Assembly: GCA_965652295.1 (NCBI GenBank)
Contig: CBFGTS010000001.1
Span: 384,001 to 448,000 of the forward strand
Direction of reading: 5' to 3'
From: an uncultured Haloferula sp.
Lineage (GTDB): Bacteria; Verrucomicrobiota; Verrucomicrobiia; Verrucomicrobiales; Akkermansiaceae
Length of the DNA stretch: 64,000 bases
Below the pieces are notes generated by a model. It was given only the letters and a program-made list of their open reading frames with translations, had not been told where the DNA came from and searched no databases. Positions 9,420 to 19,135 of this stretch are shown one piece after another. The translations under genes were made by a program, and so were the position numbers. Position 1 is the first letter of the stretch. Each line of letters starts with the position of its first letter.

Positions 9420-11678
9420 ATGATGCTACGATTTCTCCCATGGCGGATGCTGCTCAAGTATGCCGCCCGCCGATACGGGGTGCTGGACCCAGTCACCCTG
9501 CTCGCCCGCCTGCGCGGCTTTGCCCAGCCGTCCGAGGTGGCCGAGCCGATTGAGCTCCTGCGCGCCGGGATGGTCTTTCACGCACGCGGGCTGGTGAACG
9601 CGAAGGCGATCCAGCACAACCTCGACTGGGTGTGGCCTTACTGGGTCGAGCGTCAGTTCAACCCGGCCGATCCGTCTTTCGTGCCACGCGCGTTTTCGTT
9701 CAGTCACATCAATCTGACGCACCGCAACTGGACCGCGGTGGGCTCGCCGAATCTGCCGGTCTATCCGTTGGTCGACCCCCGCGGGCTGGTGACGCCGCTT
9801 TATGACGGGTGGTCGCTCGACTTCTGGATTCTCACCGAACGCGGACCGCGGCTGCTGCCCAGCAAGCTGGAGGATGCGCAGGTGAGCCAGAAGCTGGACC
9901 TTGATCCCACACTGTCCGTGACCACGCGGAGCACCCGCGATCGGATGAGTCTGGAGGTGACGACGAGCCTGGAGGATCGGGCTGAGGGAAATCCTGGGCT
10001 CCTCAGCGTGGCCCGGGCCGACGCTGGTGAGCGCGGCTGGCTCGCGGTGGCGATCCGTCCCTACAACCCGGAGGGCGTCCAGTTCGTGAACCGCATCACG
10101 GTCGATCCCGAACGCCGGCGTATCGAAGTGAATGACGAGGCGGTGATCCACCTCAGCCGCAGCGCCGGCGCGGTGAAGATGGCCCGCTACGAGGAAGGCG
10201 ACGTCTCGCTTCATCTGAAACGTGAGTCGTCCGCTTCAGAGGTCGATTGCGAGGTCGGGCTCGCGACGCTGGCGGCGCTGTTTCCGCTCGACGATTCCGG
10301 AGTGGCGGAAATCGAGGTCCGCACCGATCTCCAGCGCGACCTGCCTTCCAAATGCCCGAGGAGCCGGGTGGCGCTGGCGGATCAGTGGAAAGAGGCGATC
10401 GCCGGCACCGCGCGGCTTTCGATTCCGGACCCGCGCATGCGCTTTCTTTACGATGCCGCGGTGCGCACGCTGCTGATGCTTTCCGCGGGCGACTACTACC
10501 CGGGCCCATACACCTACCGGCGGTTCTGGTTTCGCGACGCGTGCCTGATGCTTCATCCTCTGCTGGCGATTGGCTGTGCCGACCGGACGGAGCGGATCCT
10601 GGCGGAGTTCCCGGTGCGGCAGACGCTCTCGGGATATTTCTCCTCGCAGGAGGGCGAGTGGGATTCGAACGGGCAGGTGCTGTGGATCGCCGCAAAATTC
10701 CTCCGGCTGAGTGGTCGGCGGCTGCCTGCGGAGTTGGACAAGGCCTTGCTCAAGGCTGTGAGGTGGCTGCGCCAGAAGCGCCTTCCGGAAACGGCGACAA
10801 ACGGCACGGCGGGCCTGCTTCCCGCCGGGTTCAGCGCCGAGCATCTGGGGCCGAACGATTACTACTACTGGGATAGTTTTTGGGCGCTCGGAGGGTTGCG
10901 GTGCATGGCCGAGGAATGGCGGCGTCAGGGAAATGAGGACGCGGCCGGCGAGGCGGCGGATCTGGCGGAGAAATACGAAGCGGCGCTGGAAAGCAGCATC
11001 TCGGGCGTCCCGATCGAGAAATCACGCGGTGGGATTCCGGCTGCTCCCGGTCGGAGGATGGATGCCGGGGCGGTGGGTTCGATGGTCGCCGACTATCCAC
11101 TCCAGCTTTATCCCCCGGCGGAGGCACGGCTGATGAAGACGCTCGATTTCCTGGTGGAGCATTCGTTTCACCGCGGCGGGTTTTTCCAAGACATGATCCA
11201 CTCCGGGATCAATGCCTACCTCACGTTGGATCTCGCGCAAACGCTGCTGCGGGCCGGCGATCCGCGGTTCGCGGCGCTGATGCGATCCGTCGCGGAGCTG
11301 GCCACGCCCACCGGTCAATGGCCGGAGGCCATCCATCCAAACACCCTCGGCGGCTGCATGGGCGATGGCCAGCACGGCTGGGCCGCGGCGGAGTGGGTGA
11401 TGATGATCCGCAACTGTTTCGTCCGCGAGGAGGCCGACCATCTGGTAATCGGCTCGGGACTGCTGCCGGAGTGGCTTGAACCGGGCGAGCCGCTGGCATT
11501 CGGCCCGACGCTTACCGCGTGGGGAGCGGTGGCGATTCGCCTCACGGGGAACCGGGTGGAGATCGACGCGCAGTGGCGGGACGAAATCCCGATGTTCCAC
11601 CTCCGCGTGCCGGGTTTCAAACCGCGGGAAGCCGCAGGCGGCGAACGGGTGATCGAACTCGAACGTGAAACCCCATGA
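9420..11678 (+). CDS. (alpha/alpha)6 six-hairpin glycosidase-like protein
   Basis: YRRFWFRDA, EWDSNGQ, AEHLGPNDYYYWD, WPEAIHP..MGDGQHGW motifs; no signal peptide; the start could be 9375. Confidence 0.75.
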   Translation: MMLRFLPWRMLLKYAARRYGVLDPVTLLARLRGFAQPSEVAEPIELLRAGMVFHARGLVNAKAIQHNLDWVWPYWVERQFNPADPSFVPRAFSFSHINLTHRNWTAVGSPNLPVYPLVDPRGLVTPLYDGWSLDFWILTERGPRLLPSKLEDAQVSQKLDLDPTLSVTTRSTRDRMSLEVTTSLEDRAEGNPGLLSVARADAGERGWLAVAIRPYNPEGVQFVNRITVDPERRRIEVNDEAVIHLSRSAGAVKMARYEEGDVSLHLKRESSASEVDCEVGLATLAALFPLDDSGVAEIEVRTDLQRDLPSKCPRSRVALADQWKEAIAGTARLSIPDPRMRFLYDAAVRTLLMLSAGDYYPGPYTYRRFWFRDACLMLHPLLAIGCADRTERILAEFPVRQTLSGYFSSQEGEWDSNGQVLWIAAKFLRLSGRRLPAELDKALLKAVRWLRQKRLPETATNGTAGLLPAGFSAEHLGPNDYYYWDSFWALGGLRCMAEEWRRQGNEDAAGEAADLAEKYEAALESSISGVPIEKSRGGIPAAPGRRMDAGAVGSMVADYPLQLYPPAEARLMKTLDFLVEHSFHRGGFFQDMIHSGINAYLTLDLAQTLLRAGDPRFAALMRSVAELATPTGQWPEAIHPNTLGGCMGDGQHGWAAAEWVMMIRNCFVREEADHLVIGSGLLPEWLEPGEPLAFGPTLTAWGAVAIRLTGNRVEIDAQWRDEIPMFHLRVPGFKPREAAGGERVIELERETP

Positions 11679-12955
11679 ACCTCGCGCTTTTCACCAACAC
11701 CTACATTCCGTTTGTCGGGGGGGTGGCCCGCTCGGTCCGCACCCTGGAGCTGGAGTGTCGTCGCCGCGGCCACGAGGTCGCCATCGTCGCGCCGGAACTC
11801 GATGGTGCCGAGCCCGCCGAGCGGGTCCTGCGCGTCCCGGCGATCCAGGATTTCCATGGCAGCGGATTCTGTGTGCGCATTCCACTCCCGAATCTGGTGC
11901 GGGACTTCATGGATGAATTCTGTCCGGACTTGATCCACAGCCATCACCCGTTTCTCCTCGGCGATGCGGCGCTGCGCGAGGCGTGGAAAATGCGCGTCCC
12001 GCTGGTGTTCACGCATCACACGCTCTACGAGCAATACACCCACTACATGCCGCTCGATTCGGTGGCTTTGCAGCGTGCGGCGATCCAGCTCGATACCGAA
12101 TATTGCAACCTCTGCGACCGCGTGATCGCTCCGAGCGAAAGCATTCGCGAGTTGCTGATCGAGCGCGGAGTCGAAACCCCGGTCGAGGTCATTCCCACGG
12201 GCATCCAGGTCGAGGATTTCGCTGCCGGCGATGGTGGTCGTGCGCGGGAAAAGCACGGCATCCCGCAGGACGGGAAAGTCGTTGGCCACGTCGGACGTCT
12301 TGCCGGGGAAAAGAACCTGCCCTTCCTGGTAAACGCGGTGATCGAGGCCATCCGCGATCGCGACGACGTCGCCTTCCTGCTGGTTGGCGACGGCGAAGAA
12401 CGCGCCGCCTTGCAGGAAACGCTGGAGCGCGAGCTGGGCGCGCGCGCGTACGTGACCGGCAGTCTTTCCGGTCAGGAGCTCTTCGATGCCTACGCCGCGA
12501 TGGACGTGTTCGTGTTCGCCTCGCAGTCGGAAACGCAGGGCATGGTGCTGGCCGAGGCGATGGCCGCCGGACAGCCCGTCGTCGCGCTCGATGGGCCGGG
12601 TGTCCGCGACATCGTGATCGATGGGAAAAACGGCCGCCTGCTGGATGGCGGGGCGAGCGAGGTGGAATTCGCGGGTGCGCTCTCCGCGATGCTCGATGAT
12701 CCGGGCCTTCGCGGCGGCTGGCGCGAAGCGGCGCTCGAACGGGCTCACGAGTTCGGCACGCGGGCGTGCGTCGAGGAAATGCTGGCCTGCTATGGCCGGG
12801 CGATCGCCGACTATGAACATCGTAGATCCGAGGACCTGGGCGTGCTCCAGCGGCTCGTCGATGGTGCCGAGGCGGAGTGGGACCTGATGAGCGCCAAGCT
12901 CTCCGCCGCCATGGCAGGTGCCACCGAGTCCCTCGCGCCGGAGGAGCAGTCATGA
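11675..12955 (+). CDS. GT4 glycosyltransferase (diacylglycerol glucosyltransferase-like)
   Basis: FTNTY.P.VGGVARS, HSHHPFLLG, THHTLYEQY, VGRLAGEKN, SETQGMVLAEAMAAG; ATGA overlap with the upstream gene. Confidence 0.9.
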   Translation: MNLALFTNTYIPFVGGVARSVRTLELECRRRGHEVAIVAPELDGAEPAERVLRVPAIQDFHGSGFCVRIPLPNLVRDFMDEFCPDLIHSHHPFLLGDAALREAWKMRVPLVFTHHTLYEQYTHYMPLDSVALQRAAIQLDTEYCNLCDRVIAPSESIRELLIERGVETPVEVIPTGIQVEDFAAGDGGRAREKHGIPQDGKVVGHVGRLAGEKNLPFLVNAVIEAIRDRDDVAFLLVGDGEERAALQETLERELGARAYVTGSLSGQELFDAYAAMDVFVFASQSETQGMVLAEAMAAGQPVVALDGPGVRDIVIDGKNGRLLDGGASEVEFAGALSAMLDDPGLRGGWREAALERAHEFGTRACVEEMLACYGRAIADYEHRRSEDLGVLQRLVDGAEAEWDLMSAKLSAAMAGATESLAPEEQS

Positions 12956-15405
12956 TCAGCCGCGTCCATGTCCGCTTGCGCTGGCTGCGCCGGAAGCTCA
13001 GCCGCACCCACCTGGCCGCGCGGTTCCTGGGATACGAGCTCCCCGCCGGCGACAGCCATCTTGGCGGCCTGATCATGATCCAGCTCGACGGGCTTTCCCG
13101 CGAGCAGTTTGATCGCGCGCTCAAAAGTCGCAGGCTGCCGTTCCTCAGCCGCATGATCCGGCGCGGAGATCTGGCGGAGGAAGACTTCTACTCCGGCATT
13201 CCTTCGACAACGCCTGCCGTACAAGCGGAGATCTTCTTCGGCAAAAAAGCGGCCGTGCCTGCCTTTCAGTTTCTCGACCGGGAAACACGTTACGTCCTGC
13301 GGATGTACGAGGCGGAATCGTCCGCCATCATCGAGAAAAGGCTCCGCCGGAAATGTCCGGAGCCTCTGCTGCAGGGTGGGCATTCGTATTCGAATATCTA
13401 CCTCGCGGGAGCCGCCGAGTCGCGTTACTGCGCGCAGGATCTTTCGGTCGATACCCTGCTCCAACGCCTGCACCCGCTGAAAACGGTGATCCTCTGCATG
13501 AGCCATATCGTGCGGATCCTGCGGATGCTCGGGCTGGCGGTGATCGAGGCGGTGCTGGCCGTGGTGGACCTGGTCCGGGGGCTCTACGAGAAGCACGATT
13601 TCTGGAAGGAATTCGCCTTCGTCCCGGCGCGGATGACGATCTGTATCCTGGTCCGCGAGGCGATCCGGTTTCGCGCCCTGCTGGATATCGAGCGGGGTGT
13701 GCGGGTGATTCACGCGAACTTCCTGGGTTACGACGAACAGGCGCATCGTCGCGGGCCGTCGTCGCCCTTCGCCCACTGGACGCTCAAGGGCATCGATCGC
13801 GCGATCCGTGATATCCACCGCGCCGCGGTCCGGTCCCCTTATCACGAGTATGAACTCATCGTTTACTCGGATCACGGTCAGGAGGAAACCGAGCCCTTCG
13901 AGCGTCGCCATGGTCGGCGGCTCGATGAAGCCGTGGCGGAGGTCTTTTCCCGTGGCCCGGTGGCCGGGCACCAGCTCTGGACGCCGCAGTCGGCCTCGCC
14001 GCTGGGCGGCACGCTCGGCCGCTGGATGAGCCTGTTGAAGCTCGAGTCACCTCCAACGCAGCAGGTCGATGACGACCATGTGGTGCTGACGGCGATGGGG
14101 CCGCTCGGTCACGTGTATCTACCCTTGCCCGTCGATGAGGAGGGGACCCGGCGATATGCGCGCGACCTCATCGAGGCGGGCGTGCCCTTGGTCATGCTGC
14201 CTGCCCGTGGCGGTGAAGTCCGCGCCTTCAACCCCCGTGGTGAATGGCTGCTGCCCCGCGATGCGGCGGAGGTCATCGGCCGTGATCACCGGTTTTTCCG
14301 GCAGGTCACGCAGGACCTCATCGAGCTGGCGGCGCATCCGAACGCCGGGGATTTCATCCTCAGCGGCTGGGACCCGCTCGGGAATCCCGTGAGCTTTCCA
14401 CTGGAAAACGGCTCTCATGGCGGACCCGGATTTCACGAGACCCACGGCTTCGTCCTCCTGCCGGAAAGAATCGATCGCTGGCATCACGAGCGTGGGCCGG
14501 ACAAGGACCAACCGATCCGGGGTGGGACGCTGCACCGGATCGCGAAGCACTTCCTGCACGAGGAGCCGATGTTCGGTGCGCGGGCGTCGGCGGAGGTTGG
14601 AACCCCGGTGCTCCGCGTAGCCACCTACAACGTCCACAGCTGCATGGGGCTGGACGGACGTGTGCGGCCCGACCGAATCGCGCGGGTGATCAATTCGCTG
14701 GCTCCGGACGTGATCGCGCTGCAGGAGGTCGACGTCCACCGGCCGCGCAGCGGCGGGCTCGATCAGCCGCACGAGATCAGCCGCCGACTCGAAATGGAAC
14801 ACGTTTTCCACTCGATGCTGGAGGAACACGACGAGAGATATGGCATCGCCATCCTTTCGCGTCATCCGATCGAGCTGGTGAAAAAAGGGCTGCTCACCAC
14901 GGCATCGAAGCGCCCGTGGCGCGAAGCGCGCGGGGCGATCTGGGTCAAGATCGAGGTGCCGGGATTCGATCGCCCGCTCCATTTCATCGGCACCCATTTC
15001 GGGCTCGGTCGCGAGGAGCGGAAGCAGCAGGCGGAGATTCTGATGGGCGATGAGTGGCTCGGCGCTCTGCCGGACGACGAGCCGGTGATCGTTTGCGGCG
15101 ACTTCAACTCCGGCAGACGCTCGGTGGTTTGGCAAAGGATGACGTCGCGCTTGGCGGATGCGCAGATGCAGCTTGCCGAGCACCGGCATCGGCCGACCTT
15201 TCCCTCGTCCAAACCGCTGGTCGGGCTCGATCACATTTTCATCAGCCCGCATTTCAAAGTGTCAGGGATCGAGCTGCCCGACAGTCCGATGACCGTCCGT
15301 GCCTCGGACCACCTGCCGCTCGCCGCCGACCTCGTTCCGGAAACCGAATCCGTCCTATGCTCGACTTCCTCAAACGCCACCCTGGCAAGCTCGTCCTCGG
15401 TCTGA
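12952..15405 (+). CDS. Fusion of an alkaline-phosphatase-superfamily (type I phosphodiesterase-like) domain and an endonuclease/exonuclease/phosphatase (EEP) domain
   Basis: N-terminal IQLDGLS, PSTTPA, YDEQAH, SDHGQ; C-terminal ATYNVH, ALQEVD, GDFNS, LDHIF, ASDHLP; ATGA overlap. Confidence 0.85.
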   Translation: MISRVHVRLRWLRRKLSRTHLAARFLGYELPAGDSHLGGLIMIQLDGLSREQFDRALKSRRLPFLSRMIRRGDLAEEDFYSGIPSTTPAVQAEIFFGKKAAVPAFQFLDRETRYVLRMYEAESSAIIEKRLRRKCPEPLLQGGHSYSNIYLAGAAESRYCAQDLSVDTLLQRLHPLKTVILCMSHIVRILRMLGLAVIEAVLAVVDLVRGLYEKHDFWKEFAFVPARMTICILVREAIRFRALLDIERGVRVIHANFLGYDEQAHRRGPSSPFAHWTLKGIDRAIRDIHRAAVRSPYHEYELIVYSDHGQEETEPFERRHGRRLDEAVAEVFSRGPVAGHQLWTPQSASPLGGTLGRWMSLLKLESPPTQQVDDDHVVLTAMGPLGHVYLPLPVDEEGTRRYARDLIEAGVPLVMLPARGGEVRAFNPRGEWLLPRDAAEVIGRDHRFFRQVTQDLIELAAHPNAGDFILSGWDPLGNPVSFPLENGSHGGPGFHETHGFVLLPERIDRWHHERGPDKDQPIRGGTLHRIAKHFLHEEPMFGARASAEVGTPVLRVATYNVHSCMGLDGRVRPDRIARVINSLAPDVIALQEVDVHRPRSGGLDQPHEISRRLEMEHVFHSMLEEHDERYGIAILSRHPIELVKKGLLTTASKRPWREARGAIWVKIEVPGFDRPLHFIGTHFGLGREERKQQAEILMGDEWLGALPDDEPVIVCGDFNSGRRSVVWQRMTSRLADAQMQLAEHRHRPTFPSSKPLVGLDHIFISPHFKVSGIELPDSPMTVRASDHLPLAADLVPETESVLCSTSSNATLASSSSV

Positions 15406-16019
15406 TCGCTCTGGCCGTCGCCGGCGTGCTTGCGTGGATCTTCCGTGATCGCTTCGATGCGGACCGGTGGATCGAGTATGGCAACCACCTGCCGATCCCG
15501 GTCTTGATCGCGGCATTCCTGCTGCTGCCGCTGGCCGGCGTGCCGCTTACGGTCTTTCTCGTACTTGCCGGGATGCGCTTTGGCGTCGTGAACGGGATGT
15601 TGGTGACCACCGCGTGTATTTTTTTCCACAACGCCGCCGCCTACAAGCTGACGCACAGCACCTTCCGTCGCCGGCTCCGCGCATGGCTGGAAAGCCGGGG
15701 ACGGGCGATTCCTCCGATCCGCGAAGACCGGCGCATTCTTTACACCGGGCTGTTCGCGGCGGTCTCCGGTCCGCCCTACGCGCTCAAGCTCTACCTCTCG
15801 GCCCTCGCGGACATTCCGTTCAAGATCTACCTGTGGGTGGGGGCGCCTGTGTATGCGATTTTCAGTCTGATCCCGGTGGCGGCCGGTGCGGCGGCCACCG
15901 AGATCAAGCCGGTGTGGATCATCGTCGTGGTGGCTGCGGCTCTCGTGCTGACCGTCGTCGTGCGGCGGTTGATGCGACGCTTCGAGAGCCGGGTGCTGGG
16001 CGAGGGCGAAGAACCTTAG
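15357..16019 (+). CDS. DedA/VTT (TVP38/TMEM64, SNARE-associated) membrane protein
   Basis: Several TM helices, PLAGVP..VF.VLAGMRFG and GPPYALKLY.SAL..IPF motifs; start re-assigned to MLDFLKRH. Confidence 0.75.
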   Translation: MLDFLKRHPGKLVLGLIALAVAGVLAWIFRDRFDADRWIEYGNHLPIPVLIAAFLLLPLAGVPLTVFLVLAGMRFGVVNGMLVTTACIFFHNAAAYKLTHSTFRRRLRAWLESRGRAIPPIREDRRILYTGLFAAVSGPPYALKLYLSALADIPFKIYLWVGAPVYAIFSLIPVAAGAAATEIKPVWIIVVVAAALVLTVVVRRLMRRFESRVLGEGEEP

Positions 16020-16229
16020 TGTGGTGATCGCGAAATAACTGGGCGAAATGCGCGAGGGATTTTTCCCAAGATCAAGGCGCGACGAGGGAGCGGATGAATA
16101 TCCGTGACCGAGGAGAAACGCAGAGATTGGGAAAAAGCACCGCGCGCCTGAATGCGGCCGAGCGAAGCGTGCTGTCTTAAAAATTTCCATTCACTCATTT
16201 CGTCTAGGGATTTCGCGATCACCACACTA
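16017..16229. mobile_element. MITE-like non-autonomous element, 213 bp including terminal TA
   Basis: Perfect 20-bp inverted repeats TAGTGTGGTGATCGCGAAAT (16017-16036) / ATTTCGCGATCACCACACTA (16210-16229); internal stem TTTTTCCCAA/TTGGGAAAAA; no credible ORF. Confidence 0.8.
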
Positions 16230-16994
16230 GAGCCGGGGAATCGTCAGGCCGCCATCGACCATCACGACCTGGCCGGTGGAGTAGGGGAAATCGAGTCGTG
16301 CCAATGCGGCGACCGCCTTGCCCACGTCCTCGGGCAGGCCCCAGCGGGGCGTGACGCAGAGGCCGTCGGCGATGAGACGGTCATACTTTTCGGTCACGCC
16401 CGCGGTCATGTCGGTCTTGGTGACGCCCGGGCGGACCTCGTAGACCGGGAGGTCGAACTCTCCGAGCCGCGTGGCGAAGAGTTGCGTGACCATGGCGAGG
16501 CCGGCCTTGCTGACGCAGTATTCGCCACGGTTGGTGGAGACGACCGTCGCGCTGATCGAGTTGATGTTGATGATGCCGCCGCGGAAAGAGGGGTCGGCCT
16601 GCTTTTGCTCGATGAGCTGGTTTGCTACGGCCTGCGTGAGGAAATACGGTCCTTCGAGGTTGATCGACATCAGGCGCTGGAAGCTTTCGATCGAGGTTTC
16701 GAGCACATCCTTTCGCTCCGCCGGAGCGACGCCGGCGTTGTTGACGAGGAAATTGAGCCCGCCGAACTGCGTGCGAATTTTTTCCAGAATGGTACGGCGG
16801 TCATCGGAGTTCCCGACATCGCCCTGGCAGTAGATGACTTCCGGGGAACCGGCGGCCCGGAGCTGTTCGAGGACCTCGGCGACCTGGACCTCCGGCCGCA
16901 TGCCGTTGATCGCGAGGCGGTGGCGTTCCTTTGCGAGGGTGAGGGCGATGCCGAGCCCGATGCCGCGGCTGCCGCCGGTGATGAGTGTGATCAT
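16227..16994 (-). CDS. SDR oxidoreductase (3-ketoacyl-ACP-reductase-like annotation family)
   Basis: ITGGSRGIG, VNNAG, YCVSK, VDGG. Confidence 0.9.
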   Translation of the reverse strand: MITLITGGSRGIGLGIALTLAKERHRLAINGMRPEVQVAEVLEQLRAAGSPEVIYCQGDVGNSDDRRTILEKIRTQFGGLNFLVNNAGVAPAERKDVLETSIESFQRLMSINLEGPYFLTQAVANQLIEQKQADPSFRGGIININSISATVVSTNRGEYCVSKAGLAMVTQLFATRLGEFDLPVYEVRPGVTKTDMTAGVTEKYDRLIADGLCVTPRWGLPEDVGKAVAALARLDFPYSTGQVVMVDGGLTIPRL

Positions 16995-17004
16995 GGTGGA
17001 AAAT

Positions 17005-17070
17005 GGGGAGAGTGGCTTTTCAAGCCGCTTCGTTAGGGCTGGAGAAGAGCGGGCTACAAACCGCTCTCCT
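17005..17070. repeat. REP-like inverted pair, copy 1
   Basis: GGGGAGAGTGGCTTTTCAAGCCGC ... GCGGGCTACAAACCGCTCTCCT; similar to 19075-19135. Confidence 0.7.
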
Positions 17071-17073
17071 GAT

Positions 17074-18225
17074 TCAAGGGTTGAGATCGGGGATGTCGAT
17101 CCAGCGGCGTTCGGCGCTGGATTGGAGGCCGAGTTCGGCGAGTTGCACGCCTTTGGCTCCCTCCAGGAGACCGAAGTGCCACGGCTCGTCGAGCACGACG
17201 TGGCGGAGGAACATCTCCCACTGGACCTTGAAGGCGTTGTCGTAGGACTCCTGATCGGGTACCTTGCTCCAGCCTTCGAAAAAGTCGATCGGCTGGGGGA
17301 TGTCGGGATTCCACACGGGGCGCGGGGTGTTGCCGTAGTGCTGGATCCAGCAATCGCGCAGGCCGATCACGGCGCTGCCCTTGGTGCCATCGACCTGCAT
17401 GGTCAGCAAATCGTCGCGGCGCACGCGGACGTTCCAGGACGAGTTGAAGTGGCAGATGATGCCGTTCTGCGTTTCGAAAGTACTATAAGCGGAGTCGTCG
17501 GCGGTGCAGCGGTAGGGCTTTCCGCTTTCGTCGATCCGCTCGGGGATGTGGGTGGCGGCGAGGGTGGAGACGCTTTTCACCGGGCCGAAAAGGTGATCGA
17601 TGACATATCGCCAGTGGCAGAGCATGTCGACGATCATGCCGCCGCCGTCCTCGGCGCGGTAGTTCCATGAAGGGCGCTGGGGGGCGACGGTGTGTCCCTC
17701 GAACACCCAGTATCCGAACTCGCCGCGGACCGAGAGGATGTCGCCGAAGAAGCCGTTTTCCCGGAGTCGTTTGAATTTCACCAGGCCCGGAAGCCACAGC
17801 TTGTCCTGCACCACGCCGTGCTTCACGCCGGCATCGCGGCAGATGGTGTAGAGTTCGTACGCGTCCTCGGTTTTGATTGCGGTGGGCTTTTCACAATAGA
17901 CGTGCTTGCCGGCGGCGGCGGCTTGTTTGACGGCATCGAAGCGGCGCAGGGTGCTTTGGGCGTCGAAGTAGATTTCGTAGGCCGGGTCGTTCATCACCGG
18001 GTCGAGATCGGTGGCGTATTTCTCGACGCTGGTTTGCTCGATCAGCGACTTGAGCTTGCTTTCGTTGCGGCCGACGAGGATCGGGTCGGGCATGATGGTC
18101 TCGGTGGGGGATACCTTCACGCCGCCTTGTTTGATGATGGCGTCGATCGAACGGAGCAGGTGCTGGTTGGTGCCCATGCGTCCGGTGACGCCGTTCATGA
18201 TGATGCCGATGCGGTGAACCTTCAC
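17074..18225 (-). CDS. Gfo/Idh/MocA family oxidoreductase
   Basis: MNGVTGRMG, HVYCEKP, DMLCHW. Confidence 0.9.
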   Translation of the reverse strand: MKVHRIGIIMNGVTGRMGTNQHLLRSIDAIIKQGGVKVSPTETIMPDPILVGRNESKLKSLIEQTSVEKYATDLDPVMNDPAYEIYFDAQSTLRRFDAVKQAAAAGKHVYCEKPTAIKTEDAYELYTICRDAGVKHGVVQDKLWLPGLVKFKRLRENGFFGDILSVRGEFGYWVFEGHTVAPQRPSWNYRAEDGGGMIVDMLCHWRYVIDHLFGPVKSVSTLAATHIPERIDESGKPYRCTADDSAYSTFETQNGIICHFNSSWNVRVRRDDLLTMQVDGTKGSAVIGLRDCWIQHYGNTPRPVWNPDIPQPIDFFEGWSKVPDQESYDNAFKVQWEMFLRHVVLDEPWHFGLLEGAKGVQLAELGLQSSAERRWIDIPDLNP

Positions 18226-18259
18226 GAGTTTGCTGGTTTTCAGTGTTTAGTTTTCAGGC
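18226..18259. repeat. 34-bp heptamer-periodic intergenic repeat, copy 1
   Basis: GAGTTTGCTGGTTTTCAGTGTTTAGTTTTCAGGC; 32/34 identical to 20516-20549. Confidence 0.75.
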
Positions 18260-18263
18260 CTGA

Positions 18264-19070
18264 TCAGACGTGCTGTTGATAGGCTTGGATGATTTTTTGG
18301 AGATAGTCGTCGGGGTCGTGGGACCACCAACGGTCGGAGAAGATTTCGACTTCGATCCAGTCCTGGAACCCGGCCGATTCGACCTGCTGGCGGATGCCTT
18401 TGATGTCGATGCAGCCTTCGCCCATGAGACCGCGGTCGTTGAGCAGGTCGGTGGTGGGCGTGAGCCAATCGCAGACATGGAAGCCGCAGATGCGGCTTCC
18501 GGCGCGGGCGATTTCGGCTCCGAGATCGGGGTCCCACCAGAGGTGGTAGACATCGGCGGCGATGCCGATTTCCGGAGGCGAGCCGAGACGATCGATGAGG
18601 TCGTTGGTCTGGCCGAGGGTATTGATGGCGCTACGGCAATCGGCGTACATGGGATGCAGCGGCTCGATGGCGAGCTTCACGCCGGTGGTGCGGGCGTGGT
18701 CGAGGCAGGCGGCGAGGCCTTCCTCGATGTGCTTGCGGGATTCGGCGAGAGGGAGGTCCGGCTTCGCGCCGCATACCAGCACGACCTGCGGCGCGCCGAG
18801 AGCGGCGGCCTCGTCGAGGGCGCGGAGATTGTCATCGAGGGCGGCCTGTTTTTCCCCGGCGGTCAGGTAGGGAAAGAACCCTCCGCGGACGAGCGAGACG
18901 GCGGTGAGGCCGTGGTCGTCGAGGATGCGGCGGGATTCGGTGAGGGGACGGCCTTCGAGCCACTGTCGCCACACGCCCATGCCCCGGACGCCGGCGGCGC
19001 TGTATTTTGCGGCGGCGGTGGGGAGGTTCCACGCTTTGGTGGTGATGGTGTGGATGGCGAGACGGTTCAT
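18264..19070 (-). CDS. Sugar phosphate isomerase/epimerase (xylose-isomerase-like TIM barrel)
   Basis: Start MNRLAIHT; LAIEPLHP, DVYHLWWD, FHVCDW, MGEGCID, EVEIFS. Confidence 0.88.
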   Translation of the reverse strand: MNRLAIHTITTKAWNLPTAAAKYSAAGVRGMGVWRQWLEGRPLTESRRILDDHGLTAVSLVRGGFFPYLTAGEKQAALDDNLRALDEAAALGAPQVVLVCGAKPDLPLAESRKHIEEGLAACLDHARTTGVKLAIEPLHPMYADCRSAINTLGQTNDLIDRLGSPPEIGIAADVYHLWWDPDLGAEIARAGSRICGFHVCDWLTPTTDLLNDRGLMGEGCIDIKGIRQQVESAGFQDWIEVEIFSDRWWSHDPDDYLQKIIQAYQQHV

Positions 19071-19074
19071 GGAT

Positions 19075-19135
19075 GGGGAGAGCGGCTTTGCAAGCCGCCG
19101 GGTGTGCGTGAAGCGGGTTGGAAACCCGCTCTCCT
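19075..19135. repeat. REP-like inverted pair, copy 2
   Basis: GGGGAGAGCGGCTTTGCAAGCCGC ... GCGGGTTGGAAACCCGCTCTCCT. Confidence 0.7.
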
